From positions 1-59,376 of the forward strand of contig JAFXIZ010000059.1 in NCBI GenBank assembly GCA_017532725.1: a stretch of DNA of 59,376 nucleotides, written 5' to 3'. The notes beneath the pieces are model-generated. The model saw only the letters and a list, made by a program, of their open reading frames with translations. It did no database searches and was not told the origin of the DNA. Shown in pieces: positions 47,892 to 58,333 of the stretch; position 1 is the first letter of the stretch, and each line of letters opens with the position of its first letter. This DNA is from Bacteroidaceae bacterium (GTDB lineage: Bacteria > Bacteroidota > Bacteroidia > Bacteroidales > Barnesiellaceae_A). The translations under genes and the position numbers were made by a program.

Positions 47892-49737
47892 TGTTTCCTA
47901 CAACTTTAGAGTTAAACATACGTTGTTCGAGGTCTTTTCGCGCCGGATCGGTTATCTCGCCCTTGAGATAATATTCCATCATAAGGCTGCCTATGGGCAC
48001 ACCGTATGTAGCACCAAAACCGGCATTCTCGACATAGACGGCAATAGCAATCTGAGGATTGTCCATAGGAGCAAAACCCATAAAAGCCGAGTGGTCACGA
48101 CCGTGGGGATTTTGCGCCGTACCCGTCTTACCACAAACCTCAATATCGGGCAGATTGGCCGTACGGCAAGTACCTCCCGTTACAGCAGCACGCATACCTT
48201 CCACTATATAATCGTAATAATGACTATCGATGGTAGGATAGCGACGCTCGGTGTAGGTGGTGTCGATAACACTATCCTGTATAGCCTTTACAATGTGAGG
48301 GGTATAGAAGTATCCTCTATTGGCTATTGTGGCTGCAAGGTTTGCTATCTGCAACGGAGTGGCCAATATCTCGCCCTGACCGATGGCTATAGATATAATG
48401 GTGAGCGCACGCCAACGATTCTCGCCATAGAACTTGTCATAATACTTACTGTTGGGCAGGAAGCCACGTTTCTCGCCGGGCAGGTCTATACCCAAGCGAT
48501 AGCCATATCCCATAGATACAAGGTGATTTTTCCATATCTCAAACGCCTCCGATGTGCTTTCATAACGTCGGCGATTGTCGAGCATCGATCGCAGTCCGTA
48601 ACAATAGTAGGCATTACACGAGGTTGCCAACGACGGAATCAGAGGGAGTGGCGAAGGGTGTCCGTGACAGCCCACACGAAGCCCACCTACCACAAAGCCA
48701 CCCGTACAAGGGTAGGTTGTTTCGGGGGTAATTATTCCCTCCTCAAGAAAGATAAGCCCCTGCGTGGGCTTGAAAGTAGAGCCGGGAGGATACATAGCCA
48801 TAATGGCGCGGTCGAAGAGAGGGTTGGCAGGGTCACGGGTAAGTTTGGCATAATTCTTACCACGCTCGCGACCCACCAATATCGATGGATCGTAAGTAGG
48901 ACTCGAAACAAGAGCCAAAATCTCGCCGGTAGCAGGCTCGATAGCCACGACAGCACCGGTCTTTCCCTGCATCAACTTTTCGCCATAGGCCTGCAAGTCA
49001 GCATCGATAGAGAGGGTAATATTACGTCCCGAGATAGGTTGCACATCATAACGGCCGTCCTCATACTTACCCTTGATGCGACCGTGAGCATCGCGCAGGA
49101 GTATCTCCTCGCCCTTGACTCCACGCAACACCTCCTCAAAGGACTTCTCCACACCCAAGTCGCCCGTATAGTCGCCTCGACGATAATAGTCGTCACGCTC
49201 TATATCGGAGGGCGATACCTCACGGATGTTACCCAACACATTGGCAGCGACAGGTCGGCTATATTGACGCAACACGCGATTTTGTATGTAACAACCCGGG
49301 TATCGGTACAACTTCTCTTGCAAGCGACCATAGTCACGAGCCGAGAGTTGCGTCATAAACACTTGAGGAGTATAAGTCGAGTAACCGGGATTCTTGCGTT
49401 TGTTCTTCATATCGGCGATATACTGCTCAAACTGCTCTATCGTGATACCCAGCGTATTGCAAAAATCAAGTGTGTCGAGATTGCGCATCTCACGAGGTAT
49501 CATCATCACATCATAGGCAGGTTGGTTATACACCAGCAACTCGCCATTACGGTCGTATATAAATCCACGCGAGGGATATAGCATCTTACGCTGGAAGGCA
49601 TTACTATCGGCATAACGCTTATAATCGTTATTGCCCACCTGCAACGAGAACAGACGCACAACATAGATAGCCACTATCGCCAATACAGCACCGGCTATCA
49701 CCCATTTCCTTTTTTCGAGATTATAATCTTTTCTCAC
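47875..49737 (-). CDS. mrdA: Penicillin-binding protein 2
   Basis: RG.IYDRNG, YPPGSTFK (SxxK), SCN and KTGTAQ motifs. Confidence 0.96.
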   Translation of the reverse strand: MRKDYNLEKRKWVIAGAVLAIVAIYVVRLFSLQVGNNDYKRYADSNAFQRKMLYPSRGFIYDRNGELLVYNQPAYDVMMIPREMRNLDTLDFCNTLGITIEQFEQYIADMKNKRKNPGYSTYTPQVFMTQLSARDYGRLQEKLYRYPGCYIQNRVLRQYSRPVAANVLGNIREVSPSDIERDDYYRRGDYTGDLGVEKSFEEVLRGVKGEEILLRDAHGRIKGKYEDGRYDVQPISGRNITLSIDADLQAYGEKLMQGKTGAVVAIEPATGEILALVSSPTYDPSILVGRERGKNYAKLTRDPANPLFDRAIMAMYPPGSTFKPTQGLIFLEEGIITPETTYPCTGGFVVGGLRVGCHGHPSPLPLIPSLATSCNAYYCYGLRSMLDNRRRYESTSEAFEIWKNHLVSMGYGYRLGIDLPGEKRGFLPNSKYYDKFYGENRWRALTIISIAIGQGEILATPLQIANLAATIANRGYFYTPHIVKAIQDSVIDTTYTERRYPTIDSHYYDYIVEGMRAAVTGGTCRTANLPDIEVCGKTGTAQNPHGRDHSAFMGFAPMDNPQIAIAVYVENAGFGATYGVPIGSLMMEYYLKGEITDPARKDLEQRMFNSKVVGNSGKKR

Positions 49738-50239
49738 GCTGTTGACCGAAACTATCTATACAAAGAATAAAGACAAAGGTAAGCAGTGTACTGCTCACTA
49801 TACGCAATATCATATAAGGCAAGTCGAAGAACGAAAGCGACTCGATAGTAAACAACAATATACAATATAAGAGCGTAAGTGTAAAGGCATAACGCACATA
49901 CAACCACATACCAAACTCTCTCAACGAGGGCTTTTCGGCATTATAATCGTTACCGTGAGGCAAATATAATGTAAATACCGGACGACGCAGGAATGCCATA
50001 ACGGTGCAAGCCAATGCATTCATTCCGGGTGTATTGCTAACTATATCGACAACAAGACCTAAAAGGAAGGATATAGTAAGTACCCACACCGTAGAGAGCC
50101 CCACGGGCAATCGGAAGATGACATATATAAACACCAATGGTATTGCCAACCCGAAGAGATGAATCTGATTGAATACGACAGCCTGCAACAACACCAAGAG
50201 CAGAGCCAATCCTACTTCACGAATCAACGTTATATTCAT
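49721..50239 (-). CDS. mreD: Rod shape-determining protein MreD
   Basis: Hydrophobic 172 aa with FLLGLVVDI.SNTPG; lies between mreC and mrdA. Confidence 0.9.
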   Translation of the reverse strand: MNITLIREVGLALLLVLLQAVVFNQIHLFGLAIPLVFIYVIFRLPVGLSTVWVLTISFLLGLVVDIVSNTPGMNALACTVMAFLRRPVFTLYLPHGNDYNAEKPSLREFGMWLYVRYAFTLTLLYCILLFTIESLSFFDLPYMILRIVSSTLLTFVFILCIDSFGQQREKRL

Positions 50240-51081
50240 TGCTGCGCCTCCTGTTCCAATAAATGTTGTTTCTCGCGACTCTCGTTCGACACAATGCGCA
50301 CAGCACCCAATCGGCTGAAGTCGGTCGATAGTTTCACACGCATCGTATAGAAGTTATCATCCTTCTGCTTGGCATAGTCGTGTATCGTTCCCACCAATAC
50401 GCCATCGGGAAAAACAGCCGAGAAACCACTTGTAACAATGGTATCGCCGGGCTGAAACTCGACGTGACGGGGCATCTCCTCAAGAACGGCATATTCATAA
50501 TTGCGACCATCCCACGTCAACGAGCCGAAACAGTCGGTACCTTTCACCTTGCAACTTACGCGCAACTTGGTATTCAGCACCGATATAGCCACAGCATTAT
50601 GCTCATTTACCACATTGACAATACCCACAATACCATCGGATGTTACGACAGCCATTTCGGGGGTCACGCCATCGGCACTGCCTTTGTCGAGAGTGATATA
50701 GTTATCCAATCGCGACACGCTGTTATTTATGACACGCGCAACGACAAAATCATAACCTCGCAATAACGTATCGGCAGAGGCAAGAGAGTCGGCAGCAGCG
50801 GCATAACTATATTGCTGCAATTGGCGACGCAACATCAGATTTTCCATCTCCAACTCGCCATTGCGATGCAACAGCGACTCGTTAACCTTACGCAACCCAA
50901 AGTAACCCGTAAAGACGTCCGACCACTCATATATGCGAGCAACCACCCTATTGGATGAGCCGAAATAGACACTGCGCTGATAGGGATTGGACTGAAACAA
51001 CAGGGCACAACTTATCACCACATAGATAATAAAAAATACCCACGCGTGATGTTTAATAATAAAGTCGATAAGGTTGCGCAT
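50236..51081 (-). CDS. mreC: Rod shape-determining protein MreC
   Basis: ARVINNS....NYITLDKG..DGV, GDTIVTSG.S.VFP.G and VKLSTDF motifs. Confidence 0.93.
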   Translation of the reverse strand: MRNLIDFIIKHHAWVFFIIYVVISCALLFQSNPYQRSVYFGSSNRVVARIYEWSDVFTGYFGLRKVNESLLHRNGELEMENLMLRRQLQQYSYAAAADSLASADTLLRGYDFVVARVINNSVSRLDNYITLDKGSADGVTPEMAVVTSDGIVGIVNVVNEHNAVAISVLNTKLRVSCKVKGTDCFGSLTWDGRNYEYAVLEEMPRHVEFQPGDTIVTSGFSAVFPDGVLVGTIHDYAKQKDDNFYTMRVKLSTDFSRLGAVRIVSNESREKQHLLEQEAQQ

Positions 51082-51169
51082 CGATGACTTGTGGTTTTGC
51101 TGTATTGCAACGAGTTACACTGCTCTTTTCAAAGCGTGTAACTCGTATATCTATTTACATTAAGTCCTA

Positions 51170-52189
51170 TTATCTAATCAAGAAATTGAACTTGTCAATA
51201 TTCTTGAGAGCCACACCGGTACCTTTGGCAACGGCGTGCAAGGGGTCTTCGGCAACGTGGAATGTGATACCAATCTTGTCGGTCAAACGCTTGTCAAGAC
51301 CTCTCAACAAAGCACCACCACCGGCCAAGTAGATACCGTTACGCACAAGGTCGGCATACAACTCGGGAGGAGTGTTATCCAACGCACTGAGTACAGCAGC
51401 CTCAATCTTCGAGATTGATTTCTCAATACAGTGCGAAACCTCTTGATACGACACAGGTATCTCCATAGGCAACGCTGTCATACGGTTAGGACCGTGAACG
51501 ATGTAATCCTCGGGGGGATCGGCAAGGTCGGTCAACGCCGAGCCTACATTAATCTTAATCATCTCGGCAGTACGCTCACCTACACGCACATTGTACTGAC
51601 GGCTCATATACTCTTGGATATCGGCAGTGAGGTCGTCACCGGCAATACGGATGGACTTGTTAGAAACAATACCGCCCAACGAAATAACAGCAATTTCGGT
51701 GCTACCACCACCTATATCGACAATCATATTACCCTCGGGGGCAGTAACATCGATACCTATACCTATAGCGGCAGCCATAGGCTCGTATATCATATATACA
51801 TCACGACCACCGGCGTGTTCCGACGAGTCACGCACGGCACGAATCTCCACCTCGGTACTGCCCGAAGGGATACACACTACCATACGCAACGAGGGAGTAA
51901 ACAGGCGACGTTGAGGATTTACCATTTTCACCATACCACGAATCATTTGCTCGGCAGCGTAGAAGTCGGCAATAACACCGTCACGCAAAGGGCGAATAGT
52001 GGTAATGTGAGGGGCTGTCTTTTCGTGCATCTGACGAGCCTTCTCGCCTACTGCAACCAATTTTTCGGTCTTTTTTTCCAATGCTACCACCGAAGGCTCA
52101 TCGACAACAATCTTATCATCGTGAATGATGATGGTGTTGGCTGTACCGAGGTCGATAGCAATCTCTTGTGTGAATGAGAAGAATCCCAT
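51170..52189 (-). CDS. mreB: Actin-like rod shape protein MreB
   Basis: IDLGTANT, RPLRDGVIADF, EPMAAAIG, VDIGGGSTE and AGGGALLRG motifs. Confidence 0.98.
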   Translation of the reverse strand: MGFFSFTQEIAIDLGTANTIIIHDDKIVVDEPSVVALEKKTEKLVAVGEKARQMHEKTAPHITTIRPLRDGVIADFYAAEQMIRGMVKMVNPQRRLFTPSLRMVVCIPSGSTEVEIRAVRDSSEHAGGRDVYMIYEPMAAAIGIGIDVTAPEGNMIVDIGGGSTEIAVISLGGIVSNKSIRIAGDDLTADIQEYMSRQYNVRVGERTAEMIKINVGSALTDLADPPEDYIVHGPNRMTALPMEIPVSYQEVSHCIEKSISKIEAAVLSALDNTPPELYADLVRNGIYLAGGGALLRGLDKRLTDKIGITFHVAEDPLHAVAKGTGVALKNIDKFNFLIR

Positions 52190-52218
52190 TTTGTTCTATA
52201 TTTTAAGGGTTTTTACTT

Positions 52219-53742
52219 TTAATGTTTAAAGTGACGAATACCGGTCATTACCATAGCAACATCGTGGGCATTGCAATAGTCGATGGTATCTTGGTCACGC
52301 ACCGAGCCACCGGGTTGTATCACAGCATCTACGCCTGCTTGGTGTGCAATCTCGACACAATCGGCAAAGGGGAAGAAGGCATCGGATGCCATTACAGCAC
52401 CATTCAAGTCGAAGTTGAACGAGTGAGCCTTCTCGATGGCTTGGCGCAGGGCATCTACTCGCGATGTTTGTCCCACACCACTTGCACACAGTTGACGATT
52501 CTTGGCAAGAACGATAGCATTCGACTTGCTATGTTTCACAATCTTGTTGGCAAAGAGCAGGTCGGCAATGCGCTCATCGGCAACAGGTTTGTTTGTCACT
52601 TGCTTCAACTCGCAGGGTTGCTCGGTGTGCAAGTCACGGTCTTGCACCAATACGCCTCCCAACAACGAACGATATTGCACGGTGGCTGTATTGGGGTGCT
52701 TCTGCACGAGGATGATACGGTTTTTCTTTTGTTTCAACACCTCAAGAGCCTCGCTGTCGTATGCCGGAGCAATTACGACCTCAAAGAATATCTTGTTTAC
52801 CTCCTCGGCTGTGGCAAGGTCGATGGGACGGTTGGCTATCAATACACCACCAAAGGCCGACACAGGATCACACTCAAGCGCAGCCTTCCACGCATCGAGT
52901 ATGGTATCGCGAGAGGCTATACCACAAGCATTGTTGTGCTTGAGTACGGCAAATGTAGTATCTTCAAACTCGGCTATCAACGACACGGCCGCATCGATGT
53001 CAAGCAAGTTGTTGTACGAAATCTCCTTACCGTGAAGTTGCTTAAACATAGCATCAAAGTCGCCATAGAAAGCACCCTTTTGGTGGGGATTTTCGCCATA
53101 ACGCAACGACTTCTTGTTGTTGGCTGTGGCACGGAACGACGAGCCTTCGCCACCATCGAAGTAGTTGAATATGGCTGTATCGTAACCCGACGATACAGCA
53201 AACGCCTCGCGCGCCAAGAGTCGGCGATCTTCGAGTGTGGTTTTCGCACCATTGCGACGGAGTATATCAAGCAATATGCCATATTGACCCTTCGATGCCA
53301 CGATAGCAACATCGTTGAAGTTCTTGGCGGCTGCACGAATAAGCGATATACCACCTATGTCGATTTTCTCGATAATAGCACTCTCCTCGGCTCCCGAAGC
53401 AACAGTTTGCTCAAAGGGATAGAGATCGACTATTACAAGATCTATTGAGGGAATTTCATACTCAGCAATTTGCGAAGCATCGCTCGCGTTATCGCGACGG
53501 TTGAGAATACCACCGAAAACTTTGGGGTGTAATGTTTTGACACGACCTCCCAAGATTGAGGGATATCCTGTCAAATCTTCTACTGCCTTACAAGGAATAC
53601 CTAACGACTCGATAAACGATTGTGTACCACCGGTTGACAAAAATTCGACACCATCGGCATACAGCATTTTAATAATATCGTCCAAGCCGTCCTTGTGAAA
53701 GACCGAAACAAGCGCGGTCTTTATTTTTTTCTCTTTTACCAT
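52219..53742 (-). CDS. purH: Bifunctional AICAR transformylase / IMP cyclohydrolase
   Basis: STGGT, GGRVKTLHP, IDIGGISL.RAAAKN, LRYGENPHQ, KHNNACG, SDAFFPF and RHFKH motifs. Confidence 0.98.
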   Translation of the reverse strand: MVKEKKIKTALVSVFHKDGLDDIIKMLYADGVEFLSTGGTQSFIESLGIPCKAVEDLTGYPSILGGRVKTLHPKVFGGILNRRDNASDASQIAEYEIPSIDLVIVDLYPFEQTVASGAEESAIIEKIDIGGISLIRAAAKNFNDVAIVASKGQYGILLDILRRNGAKTTLEDRRLLAREAFAVSSGYDTAIFNYFDGGEGSSFRATANNKKSLRYGENPHQKGAFYGDFDAMFKQLHGKEISYNNLLDIDAAVSLIAEFEDTTFAVLKHNNACGIASRDTILDAWKAALECDPVSAFGGVLIANRPIDLATAEEVNKIFFEVVIAPAYDSEALEVLKQKKNRIILVQKHPNTATVQYRSLLGGVLVQDRDLHTEQPCELKQVTNKPVADERIADLLFANKIVKHSKSNAIVLAKNRQLCASGVGQTSRVDALRQAIEKAHSFNFDLNGAVMASDAFFPFADCVEIAHQAGVDAVIQPGGSVRDQDTIDYCNAHDVAMVMTGIRHFKH

Positions 53743-53769
53743 TATATTTCGTTATAGATTATTTGTGTG

Positions 53770-53777
53770 CAAAAGTA
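53770..53777 (-). promoter_or_regulatory. -7 element (TACTTTTG) of the purH-mre operon
   Basis: TAnnTTTG ~28 bp upstream of the purH start. Confidence 0.6.
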
Positions 53778-53999
53778 CGAAATTTTATTAGGTTTCACAC
53801 TACATTATTACAATAATTTTCAACGAATTTATCAATATTTATAACCAACTAAATATCAGCATATTAACAAGGCATACAAAAGAGACGCAACATCATTGCA
53901 ATTTCATAGCGATATAATTATTTATTGGTAATAAAATAGGCCAAAATAACCAAATAAGGTTATTGCAGCATCCTCGCACTACCCATAACTTTGCATCAG

Positions 54000-54170
54000 T
54001 TTAATTACCGAACAGATCGAGTATTAAATCGGGTTTGCACGATACACGCGTGATGCGACAACGCCACAAACCACAACTTGCAGTTGAAATATTAGGTTAT
54101 ATGATTGTAAATTAATACAGGCTTCATATACGACACTTTACAAGCGTATATAGAGCCTGTATTATTTTTT
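54000..54170 (+). ncRNA. Candidate small RNA or leader transcript
   Basis: TAACTTTG at 53986-53993 and a long hairpin at 54113-54164 followed by a T-run, inside a ~540-bp intergenic gap. Confidence 0.4.
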
Positions 54171-54283
54171 TAACATTTCGAAATGGAACAATTTGCACCA
54201 CTTATGCGTTTATATATAGAGAGCAACTACGCACTGCAACAAACAACCACTATTACAACAGAGGAGCATCCTCACACATCACT

Positions 54284-55156
54284 ATGATAAGAGCGCACTT
54301 TTACCACGCACAAGAGGCTGTACTTGAGGGCATTACACAACAACTATTCAAACACATCGATACAACCCGTTTCATTGCCGACCCACACCATTCGTGCGAC
54401 GACTTTTTCTACCAAGACGTATTCCTACACCAAGAGGGAGTTCAGTTTGCATTAGCCCTATCGGGTGGCGAAACCACACGAAAATTATTCACCCATTGGC
54501 GCAAGCAACACTTGAGCAACCAAGCGTGGAACAGCATTGACTACTATTGGATAGACGAATGCCACACCCCCTACATAAACAAGGAGAGCAACTTCGGCGA
54601 AGCATATCGCCGATTCTTTCAGCATAGCAATATCAACCCCTCGCGCATACACCCCATCCACTACACCCCACAACCCCAAGAAGAGATAGAGCGATACGCC
54701 TCGCAACTACCCCACTCAAGAGGTCTATATTACGACCCAACAAGGTATTACACAAACGATTACCCCTGCATAGCACCATACCAATCGCACTTTCATTGCG
54801 CCATATTAGACATCGACGACAACGGGCAAATAACACCCCTACTCAACAGCACAACAGCACCCGTGCCAACCACACCATACCATCTACTGCAACACCCCCA
54901 AACAAGACAAAAACACATCGCCGCAACAGTGCAAACCATTCGCGAAACACCTCGCATCATACTACCCCTAATAGGGAAAGAGAAAGCACAAATCATTACC
55001 GACCTATACCACCAACACAACACCCACCTACCCCACATACAACTATTGATGGAGCACCCCAACGTACACATTTTTACCGACAACAAAGAGTTGGAAACCC
55101 TCATCTACCCCAACAGAAAATATGTACAAACCACCCCCGACACCATACATTTGTAA
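54284..55156 (+). CDS. Divergent 6-phosphogluconolactonase / glucosamine-6P isomerase family homologue
   Basis: FALALSGGET, YYWIDEC, ESNFG.A, I.PSRIH.I, HPQT.Q..I and GKEKA segments follow the 6PGL pattern, but the catalytic GxGxDGH motif is altered. Confidence 0.7.
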   Translation: MIRAHFYHAQEAVLEGITQQLFKHIDTTRFIADPHHSCDDFFYQDVFLHQEGVQFALALSGGETTRKLFTHWRKQHLSNQAWNSIDYYWIDECHTPYINKESNFGEAYRRFFQHSNINPSRIHPIHYTPQPQEEIERYASQLPHSRGLYYDPTRYYTNDYPCIAPYQSHFHCAILDIDDNGQITPLLNSTTAPVPTTPYHLLQHPQTRQKHIAATVQTIRETPRIILPLIGKEKAQIITDLYHQHNTHLPHIQLLMEHPNVHIFTDNKELETLIYPNRKYVQTTPDTIHL

Positions 55157-55295
55157 CAATATTCGATACAAAAACAAGAGATACCAAACACTCTAAACAC
55201 CACAGCCATAACACACAAGCCACGAGTCACAACATTCGCGTGTATTTTATAATGTGATTTTTGAAGAATTATTTAGGTAATTAGACAGAAAATTG

Positions 55296-55303
55296 TATCT
55301 TTG
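55296..55303 (+). promoter_or_regulatory. -7 element (TATCTTTG) of the mce-mmd operon
   Basis: Consensus match ~65 bp upstream of mce. Confidence 0.6.
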
Positions 55304-55367
55304 CAACGGCAATACTATAGTATTGCGACCAAACTAAAAATTCTGTTTAACTTAATACAAATTAACA

Positions 55368-55781
55368 ATGGAACTTTCTCACATTGAACATTTGGGTATA
55401 GCCGTAAAAAGCCTTGAAGAGGCTATCCCTTACTATGAAAACATCCTTGGTCTTAAATGCTATTCAATCGAAGAAGTAGCCGACCAAAAAGTAAAAACAG
55501 CGTTCTTTAAAGTAGGTCAAACCAAGATCGAATTACTTGAACCTACCAGCCCTGAAAGCACAATTGCCGGTTTCATCGAGAAACGTGGCGAAGGCATCCA
55601 TCACCTTGCATTTGCAGTAGCCGACGGAGTAGCCAACGCACTTGCCGAAGTAGAAGGCAAAGGCGTACGCCTCATCGACAAAGCCCCCCGCAAAGGTGCC
55701 GAAGGTCTTAACATCGCATTCCTCCACCCCAAATCGACAGGTGGCGTATTAACCGAACTTTGTGAAAATCCTAACAAATAA
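55368..55781 (+). CDS. mce: Methylmalonyl-CoA epimerase
   Basis: [24 protein letters not shown] and [14 protein letters not shown] motifs. Confidence 0.96.
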   Translation: MELSHIEHLGIAVKSLEEAIPYYENILGLKCYSIEEVADQKVKTAFFKVGQTKIELLEPTSPESTIAGFIEKRGEGIHHLAFAVADGVANALAEVEGKGVRLIDKAPRKGAEGLNIAFLHPKSTGGVLTELCENPNK

Positions 55782-55785
55782 TAAA

Positions 55786-57339
55786 ATGAGCAATCAACTT
55801 GAAAAAGTAAAAGAGCTTATCGCATTGCGTAACGAAGCTCGTCTCGGTGGTGGTGAAAAAGCCATTGCCAAGCAACACGAACGCGGCAAATACACAGCAC
55901 GCGAGCGTATCAACCAACTCCTCGACGAAGGTAGTTTTGAAGAAATCGATATGTTTGTACGCCACCGTTGCTACAACTTCGGTCAAGAGAAAAAATCATA
56001 TCTCGGTGACGGTGTTGTAACAGGTTACGGTACAATCGAAGGTCGTCTTGTATATGTATTTGCACAAGATTTCACCGTATTCGGAGGTTCACTCTCGGAG
56101 CAAATGGCGATGAAGATTTGCAAAGTAATGGATATGGCAATGAAGATGGGTGCCCCCATCATCGGTATCAACGACTCGGGTGGCGCACGTATCCAAGAGG
56201 GTATCAACGCTCTTGCCGGCTACTCTGAAATCTTCCAACGCAACATTATGGCATCGGGTGTAGTACCCCAAATCTCGGGTATCTTTGGTCCATGCGCCGG
56301 TGGTGCTGTTTACTCTCCCGCCCTCACCGACTTTATCGTGATGGTTAAAGAGATTTCTTATATGTTCCTTACAGGTCCTGCCGTTGTTAAGACAGTAACA
56401 GGCGAGGACGTAACACAAGAGCAATTGGGTGGTGCCGAGATGCACTCAAAGACTTCGGGTGTAGCACACTTTGCTTGCGAAACAGGCGACGAAGGTCTTG
56501 ATGTTATCCGCAAACTCATCAGTTACATTCCTCAAAACAACCTCGAAGAAGCCCCCATACTTCCTTGCGAAGACCCCATCGACCGTCTTGAAGATTCGCT
56601 CAACGAAATCATCCCCGATAGCCCCAACCAACCCTACGATATGTATCAAGTTATCGGCGCTATCATCGACAACGGTGAGTTCCTCGAAGTACAACGCGAC
56701 TTCGCACGCAACATCATCATCGGTTTTGCTCGTTTCAACGGACAATCTGTTGGTATCGTTGCCAACCAACCTCAATACCTCGCCGGTGTACTCGACTGCA
56801 ACGCATCGCGCAAAGCAGCCCGTTTCGTACGCTTCTGCGACGCCTTCAACATTCCTTTGGTAACACTTGTCGACGTTCCCGGATTCTTGCCCGGTACAGG
56901 TCAAGAGTACAACGCCGTTATCTCTCACGGTGCCAAATTGCTCTACGCTTACGGCGAGGCTACAGTGCCCAAAGTTACCGTTACATTGCGTAAATCGTAC
57001 GGTGGTTCACACATCGTGATGAGTTGTAAACAACTCCGTGGTGATATGAACTACGCTTGGCCTACTGCCGAAATCGCAGTTATGGGTGCATCGGGTGCAG
57101 CAGCCGTTCTCTACGCCAAAGAGGCCAAAGAACAAGCCGACCCCAAAGCATACATCGCAGAGAAAGAAGCAGAATACACCAAGTTGTTTGCTAACCCCTA
57201 CAATGCAGCACGCTACGGCTACATCGACGATGTTATCGAGCCCCGTAACACTCGTTTCCGCATAATCCGCGCATTGGAGCAATTGCGTACCAAGAAACTC
57301 ATCAACCCCGCCAAGAAACACGGTAATATTCCTCTATAA
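55786..57339 (+). CDS. mmdA: Methylmalonyl-CoA decarboxylase alpha (carboxyltransferase) subunit
   Basis: [45 protein letters not shown] and KKHGNIPL motifs; operon context. Confidence 0.93.
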   Translation: MSNQLEKVKELIALRNEARLGGGEKAIAKQHERGKYTARERINQLLDEGSFEEIDMFVRHRCYNFGQEKKSYLGDGVVTGYGTIEGRLVYVFAQDFTVFGGSLSEQMAMKICKVMDMAMKMGAPIIGINDSGGARIQEGINALAGYSEIFQRNIMASGVVPQISGIFGPCAGGAVYSPALTDFIVMVKEISYMFLTGPAVVKTVTGEDVTQEQLGGAEMHSKTSGVAHFACETGDEGLDVIRKLISYIPQNNLEEAPILPCEDPIDRLEDSLNEIIPDSPNQPYDMYQVIGAIIDNGEFLEVQRDFARNIIIGFARFNGQSVGIVANQPQYLAGVLDCNASRKAARFVRFCDAFNIPLVTLVDVPGFLPGTGQEYNAVISHGAKLLYAYGEATVPKVTVTLRKSYGGSHIVMSCKQLRGDMNYAWPTAEIAVMGASGAAAVLYAKEAKEQADPKAYIAEKEAEYTKLFANPYNAARYGYIDDVIEPRNTRFRIIRALEQLRTKKLINPAKKHGNIPL

Positions 57340-57358
57340 TCTTTAAAACACAATCAAT

Positions 57359-58300
57359 ATGAACAAAAATAAATTTGGGATATTGAGTATGTTGCTTGCC
57401 GTAGTCGTAGCATTTGCTTCGTGCAAACCTGCTGTTGAAGGTGAGGAGACAGGCAGCAAAATCTTAATCAACGAGATTTTGATGACCAACGAAACCAACT
57501 TCCAAGACGACTATGGTATGCACAGCGCGTGGGTGGAATTGTTCAACAAATCGTACGGAAGTTACAACGTAGCAGCACACCTGCTCAAGTATAGCGACAC
57601 TCCGGGCGATACTGCTGTATATTTCATCCCCAAAGGTGACGTACTCACACTTATCCAACCCCGTCAACACAGCCTCTTCTGGGCCGACGGTCAACCTGCT
57701 CGTGGTACATTCCACGTTAACTTCGTATTTAACCCCGAGAAAGAGGTATGGTTAGGTCTTTATGACGGTGGCAACAAACTACTCAACCAAGTTACAGTTC
57801 CCGCCGGAACACTCTCGACCGATCAATCATACGCTCGCATTATCGACGGCGAAAATGAATGGGAGGTGCGCGGAGCCGGTACAAATAGCCACATAACCCC
57901 CAGTACCAACAACTATACCCTCAACAAGAACGTGAAGATGGAAAAATTCCAACAACACGACAGCATAGGTATAGGTATGGCTATTACAGCGATGGCAGTA
58001 GTGTTCTCGGGTCTTTTATTGCTCTACATCATCTTCCGCACAATCGGCAAGATATCGGCTTGGCACGCACAAAGAGTAGCAGCCAAAGCCAAAGGCTTGA
58101 GTAAAGAAGAAGAGAAAGAAGCAATGGCTAAAGGTTCTACTCCCGGTGAGGTATTTGCCGCTATCGCATTGGCAATGCACGAGATGCAAGAAGACGTCCA
58201 CGATGTTGAGGATACCATCCTTACCATACATCAAATTGAGCGTCGCTACTCACCTTGGAACTCGAAGATTTACACTTTGCGTGACAACCCAAAAAAATAA
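57359..58300 (+). CDS. Decarboxylase delta/OadG-like subunit with N-terminal lamin-tail-like domain
   Basis: Lipobox FASC; INEI...N....D.YG..SAWVELFN (lamin-tail-like); TM segment AMAVVFSGLLLLY; AAIALA..E..HD.E...LT and SPWNSK motifs. Confidence 0.85.
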   Translation: MNKNKFGILSMLLAVVVAFASCKPAVEGEETGSKILINEILMTNETNFQDDYGMHSAWVELFNKSYGSYNVAAHLLKYSDTPGDTAVYFIPKGDVLTLIQPRQHSLFWADGQPARGTFHVNFVFNPEKEVWLGLYDGGNKLLNQVTVPAGTLSTDQSYARIIDGENEWEVRGAGTNSHITPSTNNYTLNKNVKMEKFQQHDSIGIGMAITAMAVVFSGLLLLYIIFRTIGKISAWHAQRVAAKAKGLSKEEEKEAMAKGSTPGEVFAAIALAMHEMQEDVHDVEDTILTIHQIERRYSPWNSKIYTLRDNPKK

Positions 58301-58333
58301 TCTAAACCCTAACATTCAAAAAATAATAAAACA

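Noticed and set aside
47923-49581. 552-aa antisense ORF over mrdA (also 52222..53448 over purH, 7219..8370 over pepD, 43011..43994 over the M16 gene)
   Set aside because: These are shadows of conserved genes on the opposite strand with no recognisable motifs; codon bias that avoids TTA/CTA/TCA in frame explains them.
54796-55257. 153-aa His/Thr/Pro-rich overlapping ORF
   Set aside because: A by-product of the C/A-rich composition, which makes stop codons rare; it overlaps the 6PGL-like gene in another frame.
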